DNA from: Candidatus Falkowella caecavicola
GTDB lineage: Bacteria; Bacillota; Clostridia; Oscillospirales; Ruminococcaceae
Direction of reading: 5' to 3'
Length of the DNA: 64,000 nt
Assembly: GCA_904420125.1 (NCBI GenBank)
Contig: CAJFUK010000053.1
Span: 1-64,000 of the forward strand
Below the pieces are notes generated by a model that saw only the letters and a program-made list of their open reading frames with translations, did not search any database and was not told where the DNA came from. Below are positions 36,988 to 47,168 of the stretch, piece after piece. A program made the position numbers and the translations under genes. Position 1 is the first letter of the stretch. Each line of letters starts with the position of its first letter.

Positions 36988-38478
36988 CTAGGCTTTCTTT
37001 TCGATGGTAAACAGGAATACATCGTTTTCGCGGATCGGCCGTTCCACCGTCAAAACGCCGTCTTTTGCTTCAGCCGTGGCAATCGCGATCGGTGCACCGC
37101 TGCATTTTGCTTTCAGCGTATCAATCTGTGCAGCGGACAGCGTTCCCTGCTGCGGCATGGACAGATACTCGGTATATACGTCATTCATCCGGTAACCAAT
37201 GCCATATGTTGTCACTGTGTATACACCGTCTTCCAGGCCGGATACCTGCACGGAAACAGTGCCCTTATCCGGGGCCGGAAGGTCTTTGATATAGTAATCC
37301 TGATTGGAACAGCCATTCTGATCCGGCATGGTATAGTCCCAGGTTAACACCTGCACGCCCTGATCGTTTTTGGCCGCAAAGGTATATTTGTCCTCACAGG
37401 CAAGACAGGTGTCTCCCAGCATATGCAGATATTTATAGGCAAAGAAGGACGGCTTTTTCAGCCCCTGAATATTCATCAAGCCAAAGCCGCCATGGAAATG
37501 CTTCGGACCAGGGCCTGCTTCTTCAAAAATATCCGAAAAAGTCCAATGGGACATCGCTTTTGTATAGCCTGCACAGTCATGGAGGCGGGTCAGAATAAAG
37601 GACGCCGCATGGTATGCATCATGCACATTGTCACGGGAGGAATAACTGGGTCCCCATTCCGTAATATAAAGCGGCAGGTGGGGCATCGGTGACTCACTGA
37701 TCTGCTGATGTGCCAGCTTCACATCATACGTCACGCTGTTTTCATCATGGAACATGATCTGTGCATCTTTACCGAATTCGTCCAGGCAGCCCTCCACGCC
37801 ATATGTATGCGCCGTAATAAAGTCCAGCGGAACCTGATTGTCATAACAGTGCTGGATAAACTCCGGAATCCATGCGATTCCGGCCGATACCGGTCCGCCC
37901 ACCGCATACTTCTCATTCACAGATTTAACCGCCTTGGCCGTTGTATCATACAGCTTGATATAATCTTCATATTCTGCTGCCCAGAATCCTTTCAGATTCG
38001 GTTCGTTCCAGATTTCAAACATCCAGTTTTTCTCCAGCTCTTCTGCGCCATACCGGTCCGTCAGGTGCTGGACAAAAGCCTGAATAAAGTCATACCACTG
38101 GTTGTAATCACGCGGCGGCGTTACATTTCCCCGCCAGAAAAAGATGGTGTTCCCACCGCTCGCCAAGGGATAAGGCATAAACCCAAGTTCCACAATCGGA
38201 CGGACTCCGATGCTCATCATATAATCGTACAACAGATCAACATATTGCCAGTTGTAGACCAGTTTCCCTTCTCTGTCGTAAATACAGACTGCCATATCCT
38301 CATTAAAAATACCGTGAAAACGCAGATGGGTAAAACCGCACTCATCCACTGCAGTTTTCAGCTGACGCTGATTCTCCGCAACCAGCGTCTCATATGCGCG
38401 GCCGCCTCCGACGCAGAAATCAATATGCTCTCTGTTGTTTTCTATCACTTGATTCACGTTAACAGCAACTTTTTTCAT
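36988..38478 (-). CDS. Glycoside hydrolase family 39 (beta-xylosidase-like).
   Basis: FEIWNEPNL catalytic acid motif and GH39-like length. Confidence 0.7.
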   Translation of the reverse strand: MKKVAVNVNQVIENNREHIDFCVGGGRAYETLVAENQRQLKTAVDECGFTHLRFHGIFNEDMAVCIYDREGKLVYNWQYVDLLYDYMMSIGVRPIVELGFMPYPLASGGNTIFFWRGNVTPPRDYNQWYDFIQAFVQHLTDRYGAEELEKNWMFEIWNEPNLKGFWAAEYEDYIKLYDTTAKAVKSVNEKYAVGGPVSAGIAWIPEFIQHCYDNQVPLDFITAHTYGVEGCLDEFGKDAQIMFHDENSVTYDVKLAHQQISESPMPHLPLYITEWGPSYSSRDNVHDAYHAASFILTRLHDCAGYTKAMSHWTFSDIFEEAGPGPKHFHGGFGLMNIQGLKKPSFFAYKYLHMLGDTCLACEDKYTFAAKNDQGVQVLTWDYTMPDQNGCSNQDYYIKDLPAPDKGTVSVQVSGLEDGVYTVTTYGIGYRMNDVYTEYLSMPQQGTLSAAQIDTLKAKCSGAPIAIATAEAKDGVLTVERPIRENDVFLFTIEKKA

Positions 38479-38568
38479 TTTTCTTCCTCCTTACATGAGA
38501 CAGTAATTATATCATATCATATTACATAACTTTTTCAACAGAAAATCCCATGTTTTTAAAACCAGCCC

Positions 38569-41562
38569 CTACCATTCAATCAGCAGTGTCTTGATCTCAA
38601 AGGGTTTAAAAGACAACGCTACGCTGTTTTCCTCCAACGCCAGTTCTCCGGTCTCGCAATCCGCGCCGTCCAGCCGTTCCAACAAATTGACCTGTTTAAC
38701 GGAACGAACCGGCAGATTAAAAGAAAGACTGCCCTGACTGCTGCCGCCTGCTGCTTCATATAAACGAAGAATCAGCCCGTTCCCATCCTCCTGCTTTTTC
38801 AGCGCTTCGACCATGATATGCGGACAGTGCAGACACATAAACTGTCCGGAAAGCGCTTCTTTTGTTACCCGGGTACCGGAGACCGTGAGTGGATGTGCCA
38901 TATCCTCTGCCGCTTCCCAGACCTGCGCATCCACCTGGTCCCCAGTATGGGGATAAATCGCATAGGTAAACCGGTGATGGGCCTGATCGGCATAAGCGCC
39001 CGGCCAGCCGGTCGAACGGAGCAGATTGAGTCCCAACATGGAACCGACCGCGTTGTGTCCATATTTGGAGTCCGTCATCAGGGTGACGCCATAATCCGGC
39101 TGGGATAAATCTGCCCATTTCTGCGCACAGATTTCATACTTTGCCATATCCCAGGTCGTGTTCTGATGGGTCGGACGCTTCAAATGCCCAAACTGAATGC
39201 CGCAGGTTACTTCGTTGCAGAGCAGGTCAAAATTAAATTCTGCGCGCAGCATCCGCGCGTATTCGTTCCAGTCTGCTTCCGTCTCAAATACCGCTTTTCT
39301 GCTGTCTTCCTGCAACCGGATTTTCTGTCGCAGAACCGATGCTCCATGCCGGTATTCCTGTTCCATCACCGCGCAGGAACCTTCGACATAAGCCCGGCTG
39401 GAAACAAGCTTCATATATTCCGGTGCTTTTTCACTGTAATAAATATCAATATCCCAGGCATTCCCGTTGTCATAATACACCGGGAACCGGTTAGAAGGCG
39501 CACGCAGGCATTCCCGCCGGTTTTCTTCATCATACAGCGAAGACACAGCCCCATCCTCTGCAAACGTCAGGGTCAGCTTGCCGTTAGAAATCCGGTTTTT
39601 CTCTGCCCGCACATGGAAATCCTTTTGCAGATTCTCCGCTGATACAGCCGTATAGCCGAATGCCGGCACCTTGACTTTATATTCCTGCCCATCCAATTGG
39701 ATATAGGCTTGCCGGTCAAACGCCAGAGAATTATAAACCAGCGCAGGTGTGTCTTCCCCAACCGAAACAGAAAGGGCGGCATATGCTTCCTGCATGATGG
39801 CCCGGGTATGTTTGAGCAGGAGTTCATACCGCGCCAGAGATTCATCGTAGACCCGTTTAATGGAAGAACCGGGGATAATATCATGGAACTGATACAACAG
39901 GACTTCTTTCCAGATCTGTTCCAGTTCTTCCTGCGGATAGGGAAACCCCTTCTGCATGGCCAGCGAGCAGGCATACTCTGCCTCCCGCAGCGCGCTTTCC
40001 ATTTTCCGATTATACCATTTATTCCGTGCCTGGGTTGTATAAGTCCCCTGATGCCGGGAAAGATACAGCTCACCTTTCCATTGTTTATACCGGTCTCTGT
40101 ACTGGTCGATCCGCTCGAAAAAAGCTTCGATGCTTCCCTGTTCGACCGGGGGCAACCCGCTCAGATTCTGCATACGGCTGATCCGTTCCAAATGTTCTGT
40201 TCCCGGGCCGCCTCCGCCGTCCCCAATCCCAAACAGCATGATTGCTTCCGGACAAACCCCTTTATCCTTATCATTGTGTTCAGTGAACAAAACAGATTCC
40301 GGCAAAATCGCACTGTTATATGTATTTTCCGGCGGCATATGCGCCAGCACTTCGGTGCCGTCAATGCCTGCCCAACGGAAGGTATGATGTGGAAAATCGT
40401 TGTGATAATCCCAGGACAGTTTCTGCGTCATAAAATATTCCAGTCCGGCCTTTTTCATGATTTGCGGCAGACTTCCCGTATAGCCAAAGGTATCGGGCAG
40501 CCAGCACATTCTGGATATTTTTCCGAACTCTTTTTCTGCAAAACGCCGGCCATATAAAAACTGCCGGACGAAGGCTTCGCCGCCGGTGAGATTGGTGTCG
40601 TTTTCCACCCACATATTCCCCTGTACTTCCCAGCGTCCTTCGGCGATTTTATCTTTGACGCGCTGATACAGCGCCGGATAACCTTCTTTCATCCATTGAT
40701 ACAGCTGCATCTGGCTGGCGCCGAAATAATAATCCGGATACTTTTCAAAATTAGCGAGCACGGTCGAAAAAGTCCGTGCGCCTTTCCGTTTGGTTTCCCG
40801 GATCGGCCAAAGCCAGGCCAAATCGATATGAGAATGCCCGGTTGCAATGATTTTCAGAGAAGGGTCCCCGCCGCGTTTGGCCAGCAGTGCGTCAAAAATC
40901 TCCCCGGCTTTCCGCAGGGTATCCGGATCGGTTCGAATCAACAGGCCGGCAGCCTCATTGAGGCCATATAGAATCTCCGCACGCCGCGCCGAATCTTCCG
41001 GTAAATGCTCCGCCAGGTTCAAAAGGACTTCCATATCATAATACAGTTTGGTAAATTCGGGATGGCAGATGACGATTTCCGCCTGCAAAATTCTCCCGCG
41101 CCCCCGATAATTGCCGAACAGGTCATTACAGCCGCCGTCTACCCAGAGGTCAACCACTTCCCCGCCCTGCGCACAGTCGGCAACCGGTACCAGCCGCTTG
41201 CTGTCTTTAGCGACGTCAAAATCCGAGGTAGCCCGGGTTGTAATGCCGAGCAGCGGATTCCCGTCCTGGTCGACCACAAGTCCTTCTCCGGACAGATCCA
41301 GCATAACCGCCACATTTGCTCCGCAGGCTGTATCCGGTACCCTGCCCGTAAAATGAAACCAACCGCAGTCCCAAAGCTCTCCCCATACATCGCCTGGCTG
41401 AAATAAATGGCGTTCTCCTTCCAGCCGCTGTGAATAAGGCAGCGGTTCTTTTGTGATATAAGCCTCGATCGCAAGATCCGCGATTTTCTGATATTGCGCG
41501 TTCCAAAGTCTGTCAAATGCTTCCCGGATCAGATTCATAGACTGTTTCTGATAATAAGGCAT
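38569..41562 (-). CDS. Glycoside hydrolase family 38 alpha-mannosidase.
   Basis: GHSHIDLAWLW N-terminal motif and length of about 1000 aa. Confidence 0.85.
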   Translation of the reverse strand: MPYYQKQSMNLIREAFDRLWNAQYQKIADLAIEAYITKEPLPYSQRLEGERHLFQPGDVWGELWDCGWFHFTGRVPDTACGANVAVMLDLSGEGLVVDQDGNPLLGITTRATSDFDVAKDSKRLVPVADCAQGGEVVDLWVDGGCNDLFGNYRGRGRILQAEIVICHPEFTKLYYDMEVLLNLAEHLPEDSARRAEILYGLNEAAGLLIRTDPDTLRKAGEIFDALLAKRGGDPSLKIIATGHSHIDLAWLWPIRETKRKGARTFSTVLANFEKYPDYYFGASQMQLYQWMKEGYPALYQRVKDKIAEGRWEVQGNMWVENDTNLTGGEAFVRQFLYGRRFAEKEFGKISRMCWLPDTFGYTGSLPQIMKKAGLEYFMTQKLSWDYHNDFPHHTFRWAGIDGTEVLAHMPPENTYNSAILPESVLFTEHNDKDKGVCPEAIMLFGIGDGGGGPGTEHLERISRMQNLSGLPPVEQGSIEAFFERIDQYRDRYKQWKGELYLSRHQGTYTTQARNKWYNRKMESALREAEYACSLAMQKGFPYPQEELEQIWKEVLLYQFHDIIPGSSIKRVYDESLARYELLLKHTRAIMQEAYAALSVSVGEDTPALVYNSLAFDRQAYIQLDGQEYKVKVPAFGYTAVSAENLQKDFHVRAEKNRISNGKLTLTFAEDGAVSSLYDEENRRECLRAPSNRFPVYYDNGNAWDIDIYYSEKAPEYMKLVSSRAYVEGSCAVMEQEYRHGASVLRQKIRLQEDSRKAVFETEADWNEYARMLRAEFNFDLLCNEVTCGIQFGHLKRPTHQNTTWDMAKYEICAQKWADLSQPDYGVTLMTDSKYGHNAVGSMLGLNLLRSTGWPGAYADQAHHRFTYAIYPHTGDQVDAQVWEAAEDMAHPLTVSGTRVTKEALSGQFMCLHCPHIMVEALKKQEDGNGLILRLYEAAGGSSQGSLSFNLPVRSVKQVNLLERLDGADCETGELALEENSVALSFKPFEIKTLLIEW

Positions 41563-41788
41563 CCAAACACTTCCTCTCTGTCTTTCCTGCCCTTATTATG
41601 GCATGGAAAAAACGGAAAGTCAATTCACTTTGAGCAATATCTCTGATTTGATCTGGAATAAATTTCCCAGGTGCCTGCTGAAAATCCGGTGATCCAATCA
41701 ATGTACAAACACAGCGGAAAATGTGATATAATCTTAAAATAATAGATCCATCAAATCTATATATTTTATACTTTGAGGTATGCCCGTA

Positions 41789-41975
41789 AAATCCGACTTG
41801 GATTTGGGTTCCATAACTGGAGCATTGTCCGCGAAATTCGATATTGGATTTGTCGCTAAAGCAGGAGGACTGCCAGTCAAATCCGACACGCTGTCCGTAC
41901 AGCCGGCAGTCGGATTTGTCCCCAATGCAGGAGTCTTGTCACCCATATCCAACTGTACAATTGTCGGATTTGCAC
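41789..41975. promoter_or_regulatory. Array of six copies of an 8-9 bp motif (TCGGATTTG / CAAATCCGA) in direct and inverted orientation upstream of the phosphotransferase gene. It includes a 12-mer inverted pair GTCAAATCCGAC ... GTCGGATTTGTC separated by 20 bp.
   Basis: Motif occurrences at 41789, 41801, 41846, 41879, 41911 and 41965. They produce an artefactual repetitive ORF (41780-41986). Confidence 0.5.
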
Positions 41976-42002
41976 TCATACATTGAAAATCGGAGGAATT
42001 AT

Positions 42003-42866
42003 ATGGATGGTTTCATGTCTGAACTTGCAAAAATGAATATAGATTTTCAGTCTCTTGATATAATCCAGCATAAAGATGGCATTGTTGTCGCACGTGTTGT
42101 CTGTGAAGACAGATCTTTGATCATAAAATTTTTTCAACGGCAGGCGTTTGCCAGAGAAATTGAAAATTACAGGATTCTATCATCGCTGAATATTCCGACG
42201 TTGCATATCATCTCTGCTACAGAGCGCGCCCTATTGATGGAAGACATTCGTGACAGTACAATATACAGGTTCGGAACGGAGCAGGATTTAAATAACCCTG
42301 AAATCGCTGTTTTGATAGCGAAATGGTATAAGTTGCTGCATCATAAAGGGTATGAATATATCAGGCAAAACCATGATGTATCGCTGTATGATGAAAATGA
42401 TTTGATCACTGCAAAAAATATAGAAGAAATAAAACGAAAAACCAATACGTCCGCATTGCCTGTCTGGAAACTGATAGAACGCAATCTTGATTTGATCCAA
42501 AATGTTCTAAGCAAAGTGAAACGGACCTTAACCTATAATGATTTTTACTATTCCAATCTGACCGTTTCAAAAGACAGCACGTCAGCCATGATGTTTGATT
42601 ACAATCTGCTTGGAAAAGGATATGCTTATGCAGATATAAGGAATGTGTGCTCTTCATTGTCAGAAGAAGCCCAAAAAGCCTTTTGTGAGGAATATGGGAA
42701 ATATGACACATTGGAAGCCATGATAGATGATGTCGTTTCTATACTGATTACCCTACATTTTGCCTGTCAAAAAACTTCGTTTCCTTCCTGGGCAAATGGT
42801 GCGCTGACGGATATACAATCTGCTTACATTGATAAGGTTCAAAGATTTCTTGATCTCGTAAAGTAA
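42003..42866 (+). CDS. Phosphotransferase-family (APH/choline-kinase-like) protein kinase-fold enzyme.
   Basis: NDFYYSNL and MFDYN catalytic-loop-like motifs. GGAGG RBS. Confidence 0.55.
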   Translation: MDGFMSELAKMNIDFQSLDIIQHKDGIVVARVVCEDRSLIIKFFQRQAFAREIENYRILSSLNIPTLHIISATERALLMEDIRDSTIYRFGTEQDLNNPEIAVLIAKWYKLLHHKGYEYIRQNHDVSLYDENDLITAKNIEEIKRKTNTSALPVWKLIERNLDLIQNVLSKVKRTLTYNDFYYSNLTVSKDSTSAMMFDYNLLGKGYAYADIRNVCSSLSEEAQKAFCEEYGKYDTLEAMIDDVVSILITLHFACQKTSFPSWANGALTDIQSAYIDKVQRFLDLVK

Positions 42867-43249
42867 ATCTTTCAAAAACACATAGACACATAAACACATA
42901 TTCAAGTATGTATCTGAAATGACATGAAACCAAGCCAGAACGCCGTATGAAGGGAAACTTCCATATACGGTATGGAGCAGGGAGAAAAGGGGGAGATCCT
43001 GCCAAAGCTTTACCTGTTGCCATCATGCTGCCGGTCAGCGTTTTGGATTGACAGATATAGTCCCCGAATATTACTTTTTATTAAATTTCGTCTGAAACAG
43101 GCGGGGATTCTATTGACTTTGCACAACTAATTCCTGTATAATACAAAAAGCAATTGATACTTTTGCAAGCAGTCTGACGATATAAACTGCAGCGAATCAT
43201 AAAGAGCTGACCATGACTGACCGTGTGTCAGAGATAAAGGAGAGATGAC

Positions 43250-45190
43250 ATGAAATTCAAAACATTTCCTGTTCCGGTACTGGATCCGGCATCCAAAGTA
43301 ACCGGCGGTTTCTGGGAAAAGCGGATGAATCTTGCGCGGGAAAAGGTGATTCCCTATCAGTGGCTGGCCTTGAACGATCAAATTCCGGATGCTGCTCCCA
43401 GTTATTGTATGCAGAATTTTAAGATTGCGGCCGGACTGGCGGAGGGAAAATTTCAGGGATGTATCTTTCAGGACAGCGATGTTGCCAAATGGATTGAAGC
43501 CGTAGGTAATTCCCTGCTCTGGCATCCGGACCCGGAGCTGGAGAAAACCGCTGACGAGGCAATTGATATCATCTGTAAAGCGCAGAAGCCAGACGGATAC
43601 CTGGACACCTGTTATATCATCAACAATTGGAATTATTTCAACAACCTCCGGGACGATCACGAACTGTACTGTGCCGGTCATATGCTGGAGGGAGCCATCG
43701 CTTATTATCTGGCGACTGGAAAAGACAAACTGCTCAAAACCATGATGCGGTATATGGATCTGATTGACCGGATGTTCGGCCATGAGGAGGGCAAAATCCA
43801 CGGTTATCCCGGACATGAGGTGCTGGAAATGGCCCTAGTAAAACTCTGGCAGGTCACTGGGGAAAAGAAATATCTCAATCTGGCGAAATATTTTATTGAT
43901 GAGCGGGGACAATCCCCTCTGTATTTTGAAAAAGAACAGCAGGAGCACCATCTCGCCAAATGCTGGGAGGGTAGCGCATTCGGCCTGCAGTATTATCAGG
44001 CCGGCAAGCCGGTTCGGGACCAGCATGACGCGGAAGGCCATGCCGTACGGGCAACCTACCTTTATTCCGGTATGGCGGATGTCGCCAGAGAAACGCAGGA
44101 TGAGAGTTTAAAACAGGCGTGCCAGAACCTGTGGAACAGTATTACACGCCGCCGGATGTATATTACAGGTGGAATCGGATCGCAGGCATACGGTGAGTCT
44201 TTCTCCTGTGACTATGATCTGCCGAATGATACAGTCTACGCAGAAAGCTGTGCGTCCATCGGCCTGGCTTTTTTTGCCCGCAGGATGTTGGAGCTGGATA
44301 TCAAAGCAGAATATGCAGACGTGCTGGAAAAAACGCTTTATAACGGAATCCTCAGCGGAATTTCGCTGGACGGTACGAAATTCTTTTATGTCAATCCGCT
44401 GGAAGTTGTTCCGGAACTGGTTGCCAAAGCACAGCCCCACCGCCATATCGCGCCGCAGCGGCAAAAATGGTTTGGCTGTGCCTGCTGTCCGCCGAATATC
44501 GCCCGTCTCCTCTGCGCGATCCCAAGTTATGCGTATACAGCAGCCGGGGACTCTCTCTTTGTCCATCTTTATATGAACGGTTCCTACGATATGCAGACAG
44601 ACGGCAAAAATCTGCATCTGGACGTGGAGACTGCATACCCCTGGGAAGGTGATATTGCCTTTTCGGTTTCTTCTACCCAGGATATTCCCTGCACCCTTGC
44701 ACTCCGGATCCCGGGCTGGTGCAGAAAATATACGGTTTCCCTGAACGGGCAGCCCATTTCTGGTGAAGTGACGGATGGTTATCTCTATTTGAACCGGACA
44801 TGGAAAAACGGTGACCTTCTTCGCCTGACGCTGGATATGCCGGTGGAAATGATCCGTTCCAATCCTGCTGTACGGGATGATGCAGACAAAGTTGCCGTCA
44901 TGCGGGGACCGATCGTCTATTGTCTGGAAGAAGCGGACAACGGAAATAACCTGCATCTGGTACATATGGCGGAGAAACCGGAATTCAAGGCTGTTTATGA
45001 GCCGGATTTACTGGACGGCGTCGTTTCCATTACTTCTAACGGCCGACGGATGAAAACCGGTGGATGGGAGAATGCCCTATATGCGTTTGACACACCGGAC
45101 CAGTATGAGGATATTTCTTTAAAATGGGTGCCGTATTATGCCTGGGCAAACCGTTCTCTGGGCGAAATGACCGTTTGGGTGCGGAAATAA
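43250..45190 (+). CDS. Glycoside hydrolase family 127 (DUF1680; beta-L-arabinofuranosidase-like).
   Basis: Length and conserved Cys cluster (CACCPPN) typical of the family. Confidence 0.75.
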   Translation: MKFKTFPVPVLDPASKVTGGFWEKRMNLAREKVIPYQWLALNDQIPDAAPSYCMQNFKIAAGLAEGKFQGCIFQDSDVAKWIEAVGNSLLWHPDPELEKTADEAIDIICKAQKPDGYLDTCYIINNWNYFNNLRDDHELYCAGHMLEGAIAYYLATGKDKLLKTMMRYMDLIDRMFGHEEGKIHGYPGHEVLEMALVKLWQVTGEKKYLNLAKYFIDERGQSPLYFEKEQQEHHLAKCWEGSAFGLQYYQAGKPVRDQHDAEGHAVRATYLYSGMADVARETQDESLKQACQNLWNSITRRRMYITGGIGSQAYGESFSCDYDLPNDTVYAESCASIGLAFFARRMLELDIKAEYADVLEKTLYNGILSGISLDGTKFFYVNPLEVVPELVAKAQPHRHIAPQRQKWFGCACCPPNIARLLCAIPSYAYTAAGDSLFVHLYMNGSYDMQTDGKNLHLDVETAYPWEGDIAFSVSSTQDIPCTLALRIPGWCRKYTVSLNGQPISGEVTDGYLYLNRTWKNGDLLRLTLDMPVEMIRSNPAVRDDADKVAVMRGPIVYCLEEADNGNNLHLVHMAEKPEFKAVYEPDLLDGVVSITSNGRRMKTGGWENALYAFDTPDQYEDISLKWVPYYAWANRSLGEMTVWVRK

Positions 45191-45251
45191 AAAGGTTGCA
45201 GCAAAAAGTCCTGTTTCCCATGTAAACCCAAAACTTTGAGAAAAACAGCAA

Positions 45252-45295
45252 AAGGAAGGCCGCCATAAAAACGGTCTTCCTTTTTTGTCTTCAGA
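45252..45295 (+). terminator. Rho-independent terminator downstream of the GH127 gene.
   Basis: Hairpin GGAAGGCCG...CGGTCTTCC followed by TTTTTTG. Confidence 0.6.
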
Positions 45296-45320
45296 ATCTC
45301 TCCGGCAAAAACGCCTGCTT

Positions 45321-46724
45321 TTAAATCCGGATTTCTGTCCAGCGGCCGCTTTTAAAGCGGATTCCCGTCAGCACAAAACGGGCAAACTGGTCCAAAGTCA
45401 ACCCGATCCAGGCACCGGTCAGCCCCAGTCCCAGCGGCTCGCAGAACAGCCATCCAAACAGCGGGCGGATGATCGCCACACTGATCAGGGAAACAAATGC
45501 CGTATATTTGGTATCCCCCGCTCCCCGCAGGCAGCCTGAATAAATCACCTGTGCAATCTGAAGGAAAACGATCACTGCCAACAGTGACATAATCATCATA
45601 CTGTAATCCAAAACAGCCTGTTCTTCCGCAAACAAGCCGAAAATCCATCTGCCCAGGGTAAAGAAAACCACTGATAATCCGCACGCAAACACAATACCAA
45701 ATCGTTGACAGGCGCCCCCATATACCTTTGCAAGATCCGGTCTATGCTCTCCCAGGCTCTGGCCAACCAGCGCCACAGAAGCAACGGACAGCCCATCTCC
45801 GAAAGAAAAGGAGATACTCATCAGATTCATACCAATTTGATGAGCGGCAAAGGCCGTTGTCCCCAAATTGGCAACAATGATGGCATAAATCAGAAAACCA
45901 ATCCGCAGAAAAATCTGCTCTGCCAGCGTGCTGGAACCAATATTACAGATTGCCCCGATGGTACGGCGATCAAACCGCAGGCGGCCAATCTTTCGCAAAC
46001 TGATAAACTGATCTTTATGCAGCACCGACATAATGCTCATCCCACAGGCAGCTATGGTTCCGATGACCGTAGCAATCGCCGCGCCCTGTACCCCCAGTGC
46101 AGGAAATCCGAAATGCCCTTCAATCAACAGGTAATTAAACACAATATTGACCCCGTTGGAGACCATATTGGTCCGCATAGCAATTTTCGTGTTTCCCGCA
46201 CCCCGCTGCGCCGCATTAATCACCATGGTGATCACATTAAAAACCATTCCGCCCATAATGATCCGGAAATAATCTGCCGCATAGGCATGTGTATCCTCTT
46301 TTGCCCCCGCAAACCAGATAATCGGATCGGCATACACAACGCAAACTACGCTGACAATCAGGGTGAGCAGTCCCGTAATTACCAGTGCCTGCTGCAAAAC
46401 CTTATTGGCGCTTTCCCTGTCCTCTTCTCCCTTGCGGCGGGCAACAATAGCAGAAACCGCTACATTCAGGGAAAGAAATACAGCAAGCCCAATAAATTTC
46501 GGCTGGGTTGTCAGACCCACGGCCGAAATGGCATAGGATCCCAGGCCGCCTACCATCATGGTATCAATCACACCGACCAAGCTCACCAGAAAGGACTCCA
46601 GCACAGAGGGCCAGGCGATATGAACGACTGTTTTCAGCAGTTCTCTTTCTTCGGGCAGTGCCCCGCATGGCTCCATTCCATGCAATAATTTTTGAACTGT
46701 AAAAAGACGCAAGACCAGCACCAT
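45321..46724 (-). CDS. MATE-family multidrug/oligosaccharidyl-lipid efflux transporter. Start placed at the internal Met with a GGAAAG RBS.
   Basis: 12-TM pattern and MATE-like sequence. Confidence 0.8.
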   Translation of the reverse strand: MVLVLRLFTVQKLLHGMEPCGALPEERELLKTVVHIAWPSVLESFLVSLVGVIDTMMVGGLGSYAISAVGLTTQPKFIGLAVFLSLNVAVSAIVARRKGEEDRESANKVLQQALVITGLLTLIVSVVCVVYADPIIWFAGAKEDTHAYAADYFRIIMGGMVFNVITMVINAAQRGAGNTKIAMRTNMVSNGVNIVFNYLLIEGHFGFPALGVQGAAIATVIGTIAACGMSIMSVLHKDQFISLRKIGRLRFDRRTIGAICNIGSSTLAEQIFLRIGFLIYAIIVANLGTTAFAAHQIGMNLMSISFSFGDGLSVASVALVGQSLGEHRPDLAKVYGGACQRFGIVFACGLSVVFFTLGRWIFGLFAEEQAVLDYSMMIMSLLAVIVFLQIAQVIYSGCLRGAGDTKYTAFVSLISVAIIRPLFGWLFCEPLGLGLTGAWIGLTLDQFARFVLTGIRFKSGRWTEIRI

Positions 46725-47168
46725 TCTTTCCACGATTCGCTTCTGTTTATGACAGCGATGATATTTTTGTGTTTTTATTATACATGATTTTCCTTTTTTC
46801 TGCAAACTTTTCTTTTGATTTTTGCCAAAGCATTCTGCCGACAGGCGGCAAGCTGAAAGGCTGCCCAATCCCGCCGTCCGTTTGTCCGCTGGTAAAACAG
46901 ACGGCGGAACAGGGAGATGCCCCAGAAAAAAATCAAAACAGAAAGCCTGAGGGAGTGGTCCGTCGCAATCAGGAATGCCTGTCATACGATGCCGGAAACT
47001 GTAAACACAGATTGGGGTTCCCGCGGATTGTGCAGATAGAAAGGGACAAGGGATCAGATGATAAAAAAGACATGAAAAATAGATGAAAATTTTTAAAAAA
47101 ATTTAACCATTTCAAATTTCTTTCACTATTAAGGTAGAAGCTTCTAAAAAATCAGAGGAGGTGTGACA

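Noticed and set aside
41780-41986. 68-aa ORF with PVKSD/GFV peptide repeats
   Set aside because: The repetition originates from a DNA-level motif array (TCGGATTTG) in an intergenic promoter region. There is no RBS and both orientations of the motif are present, so it is a regulatory repeat, not a coding repeat.
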